Assembly (NCBI GenBank): GCA_000165425.1
Contig: CT868677.1
Coordinates: 124,001-188,000, forward strand
Source: Paramecium tetraurelia
Taxonomy: Eukaryota
Reading direction: 5' to 3'
DNA length: 64,000 nucleotides
The translations under genes and the position numbers were made by a program. Shown piece by piece: positions 1 through 12,500 of this stretch (position 1 is its first letter; each line of letters begins with the position of its first letter). A model generated the notes under the pieces. It saw only the letters and a list, made by a program, of their open reading frames with translations. It was not told where the DNA came from and did not search any database.

Positions 1-3000
1 CTTACATTTTGGGGTTCAATTCAAAACTATTGATTTAGATCTTTACTTCAGCTTGGAAATAACTGAGAATGCTAACTTCTATATAAATCTGAAATCATTA
101 TGGGGTAACTTTATTTGTTACATATTTGGTAGTGATAACTTCATAGGGAGCAAATCTCCCTATGAATCTAATCTAACCTTAACAAGCTTTTAGCAAACTT
201 TAATTATTGAAAATCCAAAATAGTTTTATTACCTGTATGTTAAAACTTCCTCTCGTGAAGTAAGTGAATCATATCAAATAATGTATTATCAACAGAGTTC
301 CTTTTTTGCAACTATTCCTTGGCGATACATTTTATGGTTTGCTAGAAGATTAAAAAACCTTATATTTTTTCTACTAATCAATCTAAAATAGCAAATAAAT
401 ATAAATTATTGTAACATATTAATCTGAATATAATAATAACAACAATCTCTAAATTTATATCAGTAGCATTAACAAATATCCTGATTAATTTAATTATGAA
501 TACCTAATTAAACCAAACTCCAATCACATAACCATTCCTAACATCATTTATGACAGCATCCTATAAATTGGAGTTTACAGCAGAGGATCCAACAAGTACA
601 CCCTTCTAATTCAAGATTCTGATTCTGCGATTTTATTAAAAGATAATATCGTTTAAACAAGGCCAATCTAGAACTAACAGCATTTCTACTTTTACTATTT
701 AATTCCTAAGAATATCATTAATCCTATTAAGATTTAAGCAATTACTAAATTCAATTTAATCGAATTATTGTGTAATATTGTTGATTATGACTCTAATAAT
801 ATAGAAAAAGAGAATTACCCAACTTTTTCCAAACATGACATAAAAGAGTTATTTAGTGCCAGTCCATCCAATAAATTGCTTTTCATAAATGAAACCAATC
901 TAATGAAATGCTAAAATTAAGGCTGCATCCTGTTAATAAATGCTTATGTATTAGGACATTTTGATTATTTCAATGTCATGGTATCCTCAAAATATACTGT
1001 CATTAGAAATCTAGAGATGATTATTGGATATGCCAGCTAAAATAGCATGTCTTATTACTACTTTGAGATTAGCGAAGTAATAATGGATATCCAAATTACT
1101 GTTAGAGCATTATAAGAATGTAAATGCGATATTTATGTCTAGAAATCTAAAGGACAAGATAATATCCTTTATCCTTCTATTGATAAATACACTTATAAAT
1201 TTACATCAGATACGCTAACAATCTCAGAAAAGGATAATATAGGACAATATATGATCGGTGTAACGTCTCAAAATTGCATCTTTGAAATAATGTTACATCT
1301 TGGAGGTTTCTAGTTGCATTACATTCACAACGGATAATTTGTTGAAACTTCAATTAATGATAACGTTTAATATTATTACTTGAATACCCACTAAGAACCA
1401 TTTCGAATAATGATTTATAATATGAGGAACATCATTGCCTCAATAAGGATTGAAAATAACAATGAAACAATGGAGTTGGCTAATAATAGTGATCTTTTTG
1501 GAGGAATAATGTAAATTGATAAGGATGTATGCTAATCTTGCACATATATTTTATCTCTTCATCCAATTAGACCAACTGCATTATCTATACTTCTTATATA
1601 TAATAAAATTCCATTTTCTATTCCGTATGGTAGAATTTATTATGACTAATGCCTAACTACTTGTGAATTCGAACTTACCCCAGGAGAGTTGAATTTATTT
1701 GTCTACTCAAAATCTATCACTTTGACTTTTAACTTTAAAATTAAACGCTTTATTAAAATGGATCTAACCTACTCTAACCACTTGATCCCAATAAATGAAA
1801 CCTGCATTTTACAAATTGGGAAGGATGCTTATTATTCTATCAATCTAAGCAATCGTGAAAATCCAATCATTTTATAATTAGGTCGAGTATTCAATAGCAA
1901 AAATACTATAAGTCGTAATTAATCATTATTTAATTTTAAAATTGACAGAATTGATTAGGAGTATGTAATCTAAGTTTCAAGTTAATCTGATGTAATAATT
2001 GAAGTCATTTTCAATGACGAGTAATAAAATAAATTAAAGATAATTCCAAAATCAGAGTTAATCTTCAATTAATCAAAGAAAAAATTCATTTATTAATTTC
2101 AACAAATTGAATAACCATACTAAATCACCCTCTAGTGCAGTGATAATTACTATATTCTAGTGGATGCCTATAATGCAAAAAATAAATTCAAGTATATTAA
2201 TTTTAACAATCATTATATTGAAATAATTATGGAGACTTAATAATACAATATTTAAGCTACTTATGAATAAGAAATGCAATTTGAGAAATTCGATTGTCTA
2301 GGAAAGACTCAATTGCAGAAATTATCTCAAGGCAATTAAAGAGAAACATATTTCAAAATTTAAGTAATAGAAAGATCAGATCCTTATCCATTTAATATAG
2401 TCAGTTTAGTGCCGCATCTTTAATATTCTCACGATCAATGGCATTAAAAGAATACAAGATTTGAAATCATTAAATTGTCAAATGATTATTTAGAAGTAAC
2501 TGTTAATGCGATGAAAAGAAAAAAAACTGGGAGTATGAATTTAAATAAACTAATGTAAATTATTTAAAATAACTTATAGCTATATCATGCATTTCTCTAA
2601 CCAAGAAAACTATATGAGACCACTGGGTTGTGAAATCGATATTGAGTTTCTGGGAAGATATACTAATGATAGTTCTATATTTTACAATACCTCTATTTTA
2701 GAAGTGAAAGAGAAACAGGAAGCTATACAATTTATAGGTATGTTTAATACAAAATTGTAGTGCTAATTAATAGAGAAATAATATACGGATAACTTGTATT
2801 TAAAGCTTTTTATGAGGGTTACGATATTCCATATACCTACTTTTATAATGTCGCTTTAATTTATAATGAAACGAACGATATGAAAATGAAGATGAAAGAA
2901 GAAGTGAAGATTGAAGAAATAAAAATAGATTATATATTGATAGTCATTGGAATTAGTTTAGCAGTGGGAATAGGTTTAATTCTTTTATGGATTTACATTC

Positions 3001-3092
3001 CTAAGTAGAAATAGAAAAGAAAAAAATTGAATGAGGAATAATAATATGAATTATCATAGTTAAAGTAAGGAGATTAAGTGAATACAACTTGA
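1..3092 (+). CDS. Large single-pass membrane protein, 5' end outside window; function unknown
   Basis: Long code-6 reading frame ending ...DYILIVIGISLAVGIGLILLWIYIPKQKQKRKKLNEEQQYELSQLKQGDQVNTT-TGA(3090-3092): hydrophobic helix followed by a basic stop-transfer patch. Internal intron and frame structure not fully resolved. Confidence 0.7.
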
Positions 3093-3141
3093 TTAATGTT
3101 TATGTGAATATGTGTTAAAAATAAGAATATATATATATATA

Positions 3142-4894
3142 TCATTTTTCTATTGTTACTTTTTCTAATTTGGTAATAAATTGATTGATTTCATCTTGAG
3201 CTTCATCAACAGGTTCAGCCAACTCTGGTTTATCTTCCAAATTCAAATCTTTCATTAAATCTTCTAATTTAACATCATCCTCATCATCATCTTACCATTC
3301 GTCATCATTATCTTTTTTCTATTACTAAACTTGTTTCTTTTATTTCTTCTTCAAATCCTCTTTGCTTAACTTTTTAATCTTATCTTCATCTCTATATAAA
3401 TTGATGTTCTTTCTCATCTCCTTATCCTTTTCTACATCATCTAAGAATTCTTCGAATTGCTCTTCTTAATCATTCTATTTCTTCTCTAAAAAAGATAATG
3501 GAATATTTAAATACATTAATTTCTCTTTCTTTCTCCTCCTTCCTCTTCCATAACATTCTGAGCTTCCAACCTCTTCAACTTAAAGATTCTCAATTTTCTG
3601 GCTTCCTTATTGATTTGTCTCTTCACTAATATGCATTCAGGATAATTAGAAATATCCTCCAAAGATTCAATAGTCAATTAAGTTAAATCATAACCAATAG
3701 CAACCTGACCTGTTTTGAGGATGTCTCCCAAATGACTTTTAACAGTCACAGGCACATAATTATTAGATTCCCTAATAATAGTAACTTTTGTCAATTTTGG
3801 AAGGAATGCATTTTATGAACTTGAGATATAACTTTCATTCAAATTTCTGGTGTGAATACGTTCAACATCAACAACAGTGAATTCATGTTGATGTGTTTTT
3901 AAGGTTATAGACTTCAATTTCATTTTCATACAAAGAAAAAGCTTCAATGGATAGATCTGAACATTTCATTGAGAGGGGATCAATTAAATGAACTATGGTT
4001 GTCAATTTATAACATAATTGTACTCTACCAACTCCTCCCAATTCTTTGCACAATTTCTAAGGGAGAATAACCAGATCATCCTTACACACTTTAGGCAAAT
4101 CTACTGCATAGACATACTTATAATTGAAGAGATTGCTGCTAGCATCATGTGATACCAATTATTTAGATTGTTTCACTCTGATTGGCAATATTGTTGACAG
4201 GTATTCTACTAATCTATTGGCATGTGATCTTGATTTATAGAAGAAATCCAATCCATCATCAACTTGTTCTATTTTCAACACTTTATCATTTGCATTGTAT
4301 TTCAATAGCAATTGTTCCAAATAAAAGAATGTCTTCTTATGATCCACTCTTTAACGAACTTAGACTGCTGCTCCCCAAGTGTGAGGAGTGAATTCCTTTT
4401 TACAATCTTCACATTGTTGATAATGTTCCACGAATTCGCATATGAATGTCTAATTAGTTATGAAATCCATACTTATTGCATATTAGTATTGTTGAGCACT
4501 TCCTTCTGTATTGTTAACTTGACTTTAATTCTCTTTGAACTTGGTTCAGTGTACACAAAGGCTGCATCTATGATTTTTACTTTATTCAATCTACACAAAA
4601 GAATTCAAATATCATTTACCCTCTTAATCTCTTCAAACAAATGCTCAATAATTCTTTTGATTCCCTCTCGCACAAGGTCCAAGGGGGTCTTAAATAACGA
4701 TGACAGAATCGACAGTAATTTACAATGCCCTCTTTGGTTATACCAACAGTAATGTCAGTCTAATTGATAATACAATTTGTGCAAATAAGTGTCTTCTATT
4801 CACTGGGAGTGAAAGCAAGATCGCAAATTGAACAAAGAATTGTAGTTTTAGGTTTAATCTAATTACCAATTTATTAGTTTTCTGTTTCCATCAT
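3142..4894 (-). CDS. NMD3: 60S ribosomal export adaptor NMD3
   Basis: N-terminal Cys pairs (CSIC..CTNC..CRFC), 'IIDAAFVYTEPSSKRIKVKLTIQKE', 'DHKKTFFYLEQLLLKY', acidic C-terminus; tiny introns; one apparent +1 frameshift at 3896-3900. Confidence 0.93.
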
Positions 4895-4987
4895 TAATTA
4901 AATTTATAATTAATTAAACAATAATAAGCATGATATTAACTATTTTTAATTCCCATACCACACTCCTCTACACTATATTATTAATTT

Positions 4988-5587
4988 ATGACAGAGAGAA
5001 GAGTTGAATTTTGTAGATCGCTTGGCAAATTGGCATTCCTTAATACACTCATCATCTACAATTAAAAAGAGTACATCATCTATTTTCAACCTATGGAGAG
5101 CAAGGGACGTTGCAAAATTCAAGTTACAAATGGTTTCGATTTTTGGGTAGAGGATTTTGATTTGGAAAAATTTGAATAAAAACGCAAAAAAAGTGGATTA
5201 GAAGGAACCTATAATAGTTATTTTGATATGATGCATCGATCAATTAGTCAAAGGAATTTTGAAGTTTGCGTTGATCAAACCTAAAACTTTGTTTTAACTC
5301 TCTACTTTCAACTAAACAAAGGTGTCTCATTAAAAGGGGACTTTGAATTAGGAAGACCTTTACATTTTGATGATATTAAAGAATTTCATTGTGTCTATCG
5401 ATTATTCTTGTTTGATATTTTCAAGGCCAAGGATTAAGAGAGGATGAAGGCTGAAGTTAGTAGAAAAGGAAGAAGAATGGAAGAAAGAGAATCCAAAAAA
5501 TCTATTTCTTAACCAAGATAGGATGAAGAGGATGAACAAGATGAAGATGAAAGTGCTGCTCAAAGAAGGAAAAAAGTTTAATTATGA
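4988..5587 (+). CDS. 199-aa protein resembling the XRCC4/XLF/PAXX head-domain superfamily
   Basis: Intronless code-6 ORF containing 'KIQVTNGFDFWVEDFDLEKFEQKRKKSGLEGTYNSYFDMMHRSISQRNFEVCVDQTQNFVLTLYFQL', a short helix, an acidic linker and a basic-hydrophobic terminus 'QRRKKVQL*'. The ORF is secure; the family call is by motif resemblance. Confidence 0.6.
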
Positions 5588-5872
5588 TATATATTTATTT
5601 ATGATACAAAAATTAAAATCAAAGAATAATACTTGAAAATTCATTTCATTTTAAAGTATCGAGATTTAATGATAATCATTATTTAAAAAGGACAAACTAG
5701 AGCTTTAATAAATTTGTATAGTTTCATTAATATAAGATTTAGATGTATATAAAAATAGAATGCAATGTGATTATAAATATTTAGTCACTAAATGAATCTT
5801 TTTTTTAAATTCAAAGCCAGATCTGGTTTTGATAATATTTTTCAAAATAAAAATTATAAAGATTCACAAAGC

Positions 5873-6620
5873 ATGGGCAAATCCAATAACATTTAAGACA
5901 AATCAAAGAAAAGTAAGCAATATCAAAAAATTGAATGTGACCAAAGAATACTAATACTTGATATGCTATTGAATTAAAAGTTATCATTACAAGAGGTATA
6001 AATTAAAATCTTTCTCATCACTCCCCTTCTATATCCTTCTATTTAAATAAGCTGCTTTTTCAATTAATATCTCTTTAGGTGGCCAGCAAACTGTAATTGA
6101 AGTATTGCACCGTACGAACAATCTAGAAGACATATGAAAGAGAAGGTCGAATAGGGAAAAAAGAAACTAGAAAGAAGAAGTTAAATGTTGAAAGTATTCT
6201 CAAAATAAGTGTCTTAAATCCCTTTGCTATGGTTGTTCAACCCTTGAGTATCTAATCCGATATTCAATCGGTATTCGTTATTTATGTGATATTTAGATAT
6301 ACATTGACAAACAGCCAACGAAGCTTGATCAGATAAACATAACAAACCAATAACGATCCTAATTGCAATCTTAATGCTCTAAATTCATTTAAGCACTTGT
6401 ATCTCGCATGAATTAACCAAATTTAATATATTAATCCACCATTCAAAGCATATTACTTGCATCTTAACACGTATTTCAATCAATCCTTTATTTCAACCCT
6501 CAAGGATAACTCAAATAAGAATTTGACTCACATTCCTAGCTTCCGGCATCATTATCTTACACATAACAACCCTGCTAATCACAGCTTAACACATAACCAC
6601 ATATTTAGCTAAGAACTTGA
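5873..6620 (+). CDS. Helix-turn-helix (homeodomain-like) DNA-binding protein
   Basis: Spliced frame 'KQYQKIECDQRILILDMLLNQKLSLQE|VASKLQLKYCTVRTIQKTYEREGRIGKKETRKKK'. Needs an intron at 5996-6078 and a 26-nt intron near 6270-6295; TGA at 6618-6620. Confidence 0.65.
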
Positions 6621-6965
6621 AAATATGAATATATCGTAATCAATTCTCTAAAAAAGAAAATTCTATAGTATTTGTTCATATTATTTATATTTAAAAAGAT
6701 GTCCAATCCAATTCTGAGCTTCTAATACAAGTTCATTATTAAAATGGTTCAAGAATATTATAAATCTTTAAAATTATGCTAATGGCATATTAATAATATA
6801 TTAATTTTATAAAAAATTAATTAATTTTAGTGTGCTTATTTTGTTCTATTTTGTCAAGAGAAGAAATTAACTATTATACAATTCACACTCGCAACTTTAG
6901 ATACGATAAAATTATTTTACAATATAACATAGATTAAGCACTTAAATATTATATAAAAGTAAAAG

Positions 6966-8118
6966 TCAACATTAGGTTTACATAATGTCTGAAATTTGAA
7001 ACTTACTGAATTTTTTAAGATTTTCAAAATTAGGGAACTGTTTATCAAATCCCTTAGCCAATTATAATAATCTATTGGCACAAGCAATGGAATCTTGATA
7101 ATCTAATTTTAATGTTGATATAATCAGTGGAATTGTCACTTCTGATGATAAATTTTAATCAATCTATTCAATAGTCTTTGTGCTAACAATTAAAACTGCG
7201 CATGCTAACTACAAATATGAGTATTGGTTGACAAATTCATAATCAAACAAAGCCTGCTTTATATTATAATAAATACTAATTTTGCTAAAAAATTAGCAGC
7301 TTCATATAACTATTGATGTAGATTGAGAATTGATAAGACCATTGTTATGATATCTAATATAGTAGTTCCATTCAAATTGAAATCAAGAACTTATAATATA
7401 TTTGCTTCTTTATCCTTGATTTCCTCCTTAGATAATTTTTTGTGTGCAATTTTTTCATAAACTACCTGCAATTTCACAGGATAGATTTCCTCATATTTAC
7501 ATGCTATAAACATTGATGAGACTCCAACTAAATGTAAGTCTTATGGAAGATGTTTCTGAGTAGTTTTTGATAAATACAAATCCATCAATCTTATTGATAA
7601 ATGAAAAGTTTGGTCCTTGCATTTATAAGATGAAAGAACTTCAACTATCCAATCTATCATTTTGGCTCTCAAATTGGCATTTATGGAATGGTTTTATAAA
7701 CTATTTTTAGGAGTTTCAGTCTAAAAATACATTTAAATAGCATACATCCAATTTAGTATAATAATCCAAAATAGGCTCTGAGTAGTTTTATATTAAGTTA
7801 CATAATTCCTTTGATTGACTTTCGTTGCTCCTCTCTTAGGATTATTTTTATGGTGATGGTATAGTTTTCAGCGTTTTAACTCTCTGCTCAGGCTTACAAA
7901 ATACAAGTGGTCTTTGAGAAACAGATACTTGAGTATTCTTTATATCTATGCCTTTAAATTCAGCTTCTAAGAGACATAGTATTTGATGTGATACTTCTAG
8001 TATTGTTTATCATTGTCAATGACACCAACTAAGTCAGTGATTTATTCAATTGTCTAGGATTATTGGAAACTTCTGCTTAATTTTCTTTTTCAAAGATTCT
8101 TCTTGAAATGTCCTTCAT
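6966..8118 (-). CDS. Cyclin (A/B-type cyclin box)
   Basis: 'LRAKMIDWIVEVLSSYKCKDQTFHLSIRLMDLYL...LHLVGVSSMFIACKYEEIYP' is a canonical cyclin box. Confidence 0.92.
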
Positions 8119-8274
8119 TAACAGTTAAATTTTTATTAATAAAATTATATTAATTAATATTTCATATGATCTCATTAAACCCCAAATGACTTCTTCCTTC
8201 CTTCATTTAAAATTAAAAATACTATACAAAACAACTTAAATAATATAACAAAATCAACATTTTATTGTAATAGA

Positions 8275-8738
8275 TCAAATCGTAGATTTTCTATACCTTT
8301 AAGCACCGCATTCGACACAATGAATTTTATAGTATTAATTAATCTTTTGACATTATTAGCATTGCCATTCAAACTCAAAGAAATCATATTTTGGTTCTTC
8401 ATATTTTAATTGATTTTACATGTTTCTTTAGTTATCTGTTTTAAAATTGGTTCCATAGAAGGTAATTTATCAAATGAAAACTTATTGGTTCCAATATCAG
8501 TTTTCTCACCTGATGATTTATTTGACCGATCTGATATTGGTGGTATATCCCCATTACTCTCTGTCAAAAAAAGTGCAGATTTGAATCCTTTACTCTCATT
8601 ATTTTTCATAATTTTTATAGTATGACATCGATTGCAAGAGTCTCTAAATGCAAAATTCATATTGCTGCAATTACTACAAATCCAATCCCCCTACCTTTAT
8701 CTATGATTAATCTTATTCTTTCCTTTCTACTAAGCCAT
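8275..8738 (-). CDS. Small protein with two RanBP2-type zinc fingers
   Basis: 'GDWICSNCSNMNFAFRDSCNRC' and, after a 23-nt intron (8397-8419), 'EWQCQQCQKINQYYKIHCVECG'; spliced length is 147 codons. Confidence 0.85.
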
Positions 8739-9565
8739 TTTTATATTAATTAATTATATTAAAATTCAATCCCCTCCAAACATTGCATTAAATAAACCTA
8801 ATCATTAACAACCAAATTCAATCAAATTTGATCACTTTAGCTCTAAAAATAGATATAGACAACAATGAACTAATTTTTAAATTAACTATCAGAAATCTCG
8901 TTGATATAACTAGTTTCTATTATTTGAATTAAATCTTTGTATTTATTCAGTTTATCCAATTTAAAAAATGATAAAACTAAGAGAAAAATCAATAAAAAAA
9001 GGTTATTTCTCAACAATAGATCATTTAAACTATAGATATTCTAGAAGTAATTAAATTTAAAACTAATTACTAACCTAAATATCCACTCTTACAGATTATT
9101 TTTGATAAAAAAATTTGTTATATAATTATATAATAATTCTTATCTTTAAATTTAAATGCATAAATACTATATATTATTCATAATGCAGATTATATATCAG
9201 AATATGTATGATTTGATTTTATTGCAATTGAATAAAAATATATGTATTATATATAAACCTAAAAATAGAGTACAATCTCTAAATTGAAATAATAGTATTT
9301 TTTAATAATGTGAATATCTCAGAATTGAATTACGGCTTTTAATGTAACAACTTTTAAAAGTAGAAATAAATTGGATTATTTTGTGACATTTTCAGAAGAA
9401 GTTACAAAAATATGATAATAATCACTTTTATATTGGGGATAATTTTAGAGTTTGAAATAGAAGCCTAGACTTATAATTTAGTTATTTATATTTAAATCTT
9501 GCTCTGTGTTGAGAAATAAAAGGTATAAAATAAATTTAATATTGAATAACACAATTTATTTAATG

Positions 9566-12500
9566 TCAGAAATATAAACTGAGTATGATTGCTATAGTAA
9601 ATAGCATAACTGACGATTTAGTGGAAACCTAAGTATTGGGGGTTACATTGGAATCAGTTTTGGCTTTGCATTAAGCACATTTGGATGTGGATGTGTTCCA
9701 AAGATATGTTTAGGCACTATTGATATAGCATGTATCCATGGTTAAGGTTGTTGGTTAGACATCCTAACAGGCGTTATTTATTTTCGCACAAAGAAGGAAT
9801 GATTTCTAATCAAAACTGGGAACTGGAACACAATCCTTTTTGGAGTTATAAGTGAGACAAGTATGAGGGATGCATTGTTTAGTTACATTGGATGAAATCC
9901 ATTAGCAGTACTTTGAGTTAGCAAGACATGTATCTTTGTCACTGTTAGCATCTGAACATTAAGTGAAGAGTTTACAGATTCCATCATTAGACTATGAAGC
10001 GATGGGTGTGAAAGCACATTATCCATCCATACCTCCAGAAGCACATGCAACCTTAGTAGTATATTATGAACAGTAATTGAAATCAACACATATGGACCCA
10101 TTCGAGACACATTTTTTATAGGTAGTATCAAAAGCAGACATGCAGACATCCAGAGTTTTGCCTGTGACATCTTAACACTGCTTAAGTCTGCAAGAGATTT
10201 AACTTGATGACTTATCGAGTGGTAATTTGTAAATGCAAGGTCCATCTGTGCCCAGTATGCAAGACTTCTCATTATAATACTAACACGAAGATAGACTGAT
10301 ACATTTGGTACCATTACTGGAACAATGCAAAGGAGTTAATTGATTAAAGCATTTGTTGAATGTATCAGTATTGGTAGTCAGATCTTCACATTATTTCAAT
10401 CGACAGGCATTATCAATCCAAATACAGACTCCATCAAGTCCATGATTATGTTCACATAAAAACTATGAGTAATAGAACGAACAAATATTTTATTCCACAC
10501 ATTTCACACCGTCACTTACACAAACATGAGAGTATTATTGACAAATAGGAGTTGAAGTTCCCAAAACATCTGAACATTGTTTGAATAGATTGCATTTGCT
10601 GTTATTCCAACCACACATCCCATCAATTCCTATATTACAGGATTCTTATTAAGTGTAATACTGACATTTATTTAAAGGTATACAATTTATTTAGTTTGAT
10701 GTACACAGTTCTGAGAATGTTTGACATTCTTCATGAGTGGTGAATTTCATATCTTCACATTTCGAGTAGGAATAGCAAGTGTTCTTATAGAATATGCATG
10801 GATTGCCTAGATAATCGGTTTGACAAGTTTTCTGTAGCAAATCTTAACATAAGTAATTTGGTCCAACACAATTAGCACCATTTGTAATACACCCAGACAT
10901 GAATGATTTACAAGATGAACTGGTTGTACCTAAGAAATCTTAGCATATTCTCTGTCTACATCCAGAATCAATCCATGTACATCTGTTGATTGGATCAGTG
11001 GAGTAAGCATATTAACATGTGAGTTTTTCATAATACTATCCACAAGATTTCATTATTTCACATCCATTCCCATTGGTTGTACAATCACTACTGAATTTCT
11101 AGCAAGTATTATTATCGTTGATGCCAACATAGTCAGAACACTGAAACTCTCTACATTTATTTATCGACAAATCATAAACACAACTCTTTCCATTTGATAA
11201 CACTGACGTTTGACAAACTGCTTATGATGTTAATAATGAGCATGAGGAAACAGAGGCTAAACATTAGCTGGCCAAAGTACAACCAAGTTTTAAGGAACAA
11301 ACATCATTACTAACTAAACTATTACAATTTAGGGATGGCTAGCCTTAATTATCATACGATTAAAACTTCATACATCCTTATCCTGTTGTTAAACAAGAAG
11401 GATGATAATCATAACATTATGCATCAGTATCATATGATTTAGGTGCTTCATAACATTATCTTGGTTAACAATATCCCATTGAATTGTCTAAATTACCTTT
11501 ACATGGTCCATCAACAATGGCTGTATACGTCTAACAAGTTATGTTATTGCCTGTGAAATCGCTGCATTTGGCAGGATTCTTGATGCAATTGATACCATTA
11601 CTTACACATAGAAGTGTCAAATTGCCATTTATCATTATCTTAGGAAAGGCTTGCTCACATTATTGATCTGTAGTACCCAATACATGAGAGCATAGTTTAT
11701 CAATACAATTGTAATTACTGGGAGCATCTATATTGTTCCAACAATAAACAGTTTTGTTGTTACCCATGAATTTACTGCATTGTTATTGAGTGCCTTTATA
11801 ACTGCTGCAACTGGCATTGATATCGATACAACCTTATCCATTGGTTACACACCCAGTCTTAAAGTATGAACATAAAGTATCACTATTATCTATTAGATTA
11901 TCTGAACAAATTCTTGATCTACATTTTGATTAATCAGTATTTGTAAAGTCTCCTGAACAGATCTCAGTTGTTGTTGGGGTCAGATACCCATTGAATTTAA
12001 TGCATTGATCTCTGGTTCCTCTATATTCATCGCATTTGGCTGTATTGGGTATACATCCGACTCCTCTGGTTAAACATCCATTTTGATATGCTTTACAATC
12101 TGAATCAGTAGTAGCTGTTGTGTTCTGATAACATGATAATGATAAACAAGGGCCGACGCCTTATTCAGACCCATTGATAACTTTACAATAGTTGATATTA
12201 TCAGAATCCAAATATTTGTTACATGAATCAGAATTACCAGTAAATTGAGAACACAGCTTAGATGAATCTATGCATTTGGATCCATCTGATTTACAAGATG
12301 ACTTCCATTCTTTGCATTCTGAATTCAAATAGAATAATTTATCACTGCACAATCTCTCCCTACATTAGGTGCTATTAGCATTATCTGCAGTACAATTATG
12401 TCCATTCTTGTCAATAAGTGTTGAGCAATGATTAATAGGATCTGCATTAGTTGGCCAATCACTCTTTTTATAAGTGGAACAATCAGAGATATTTATGCAT

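Noticed and set aside
7..16. TTTTGGGGTT telomere-like motif
   Set aside because: Single copy within coding-like sequence; no tandem G4T2/G3T3 array.
8397..8419. Apparent frameshift before the second RanBP2 zinc finger
   Set aside because: Explained by a 23-nt GT-AG intron that restores the frame.
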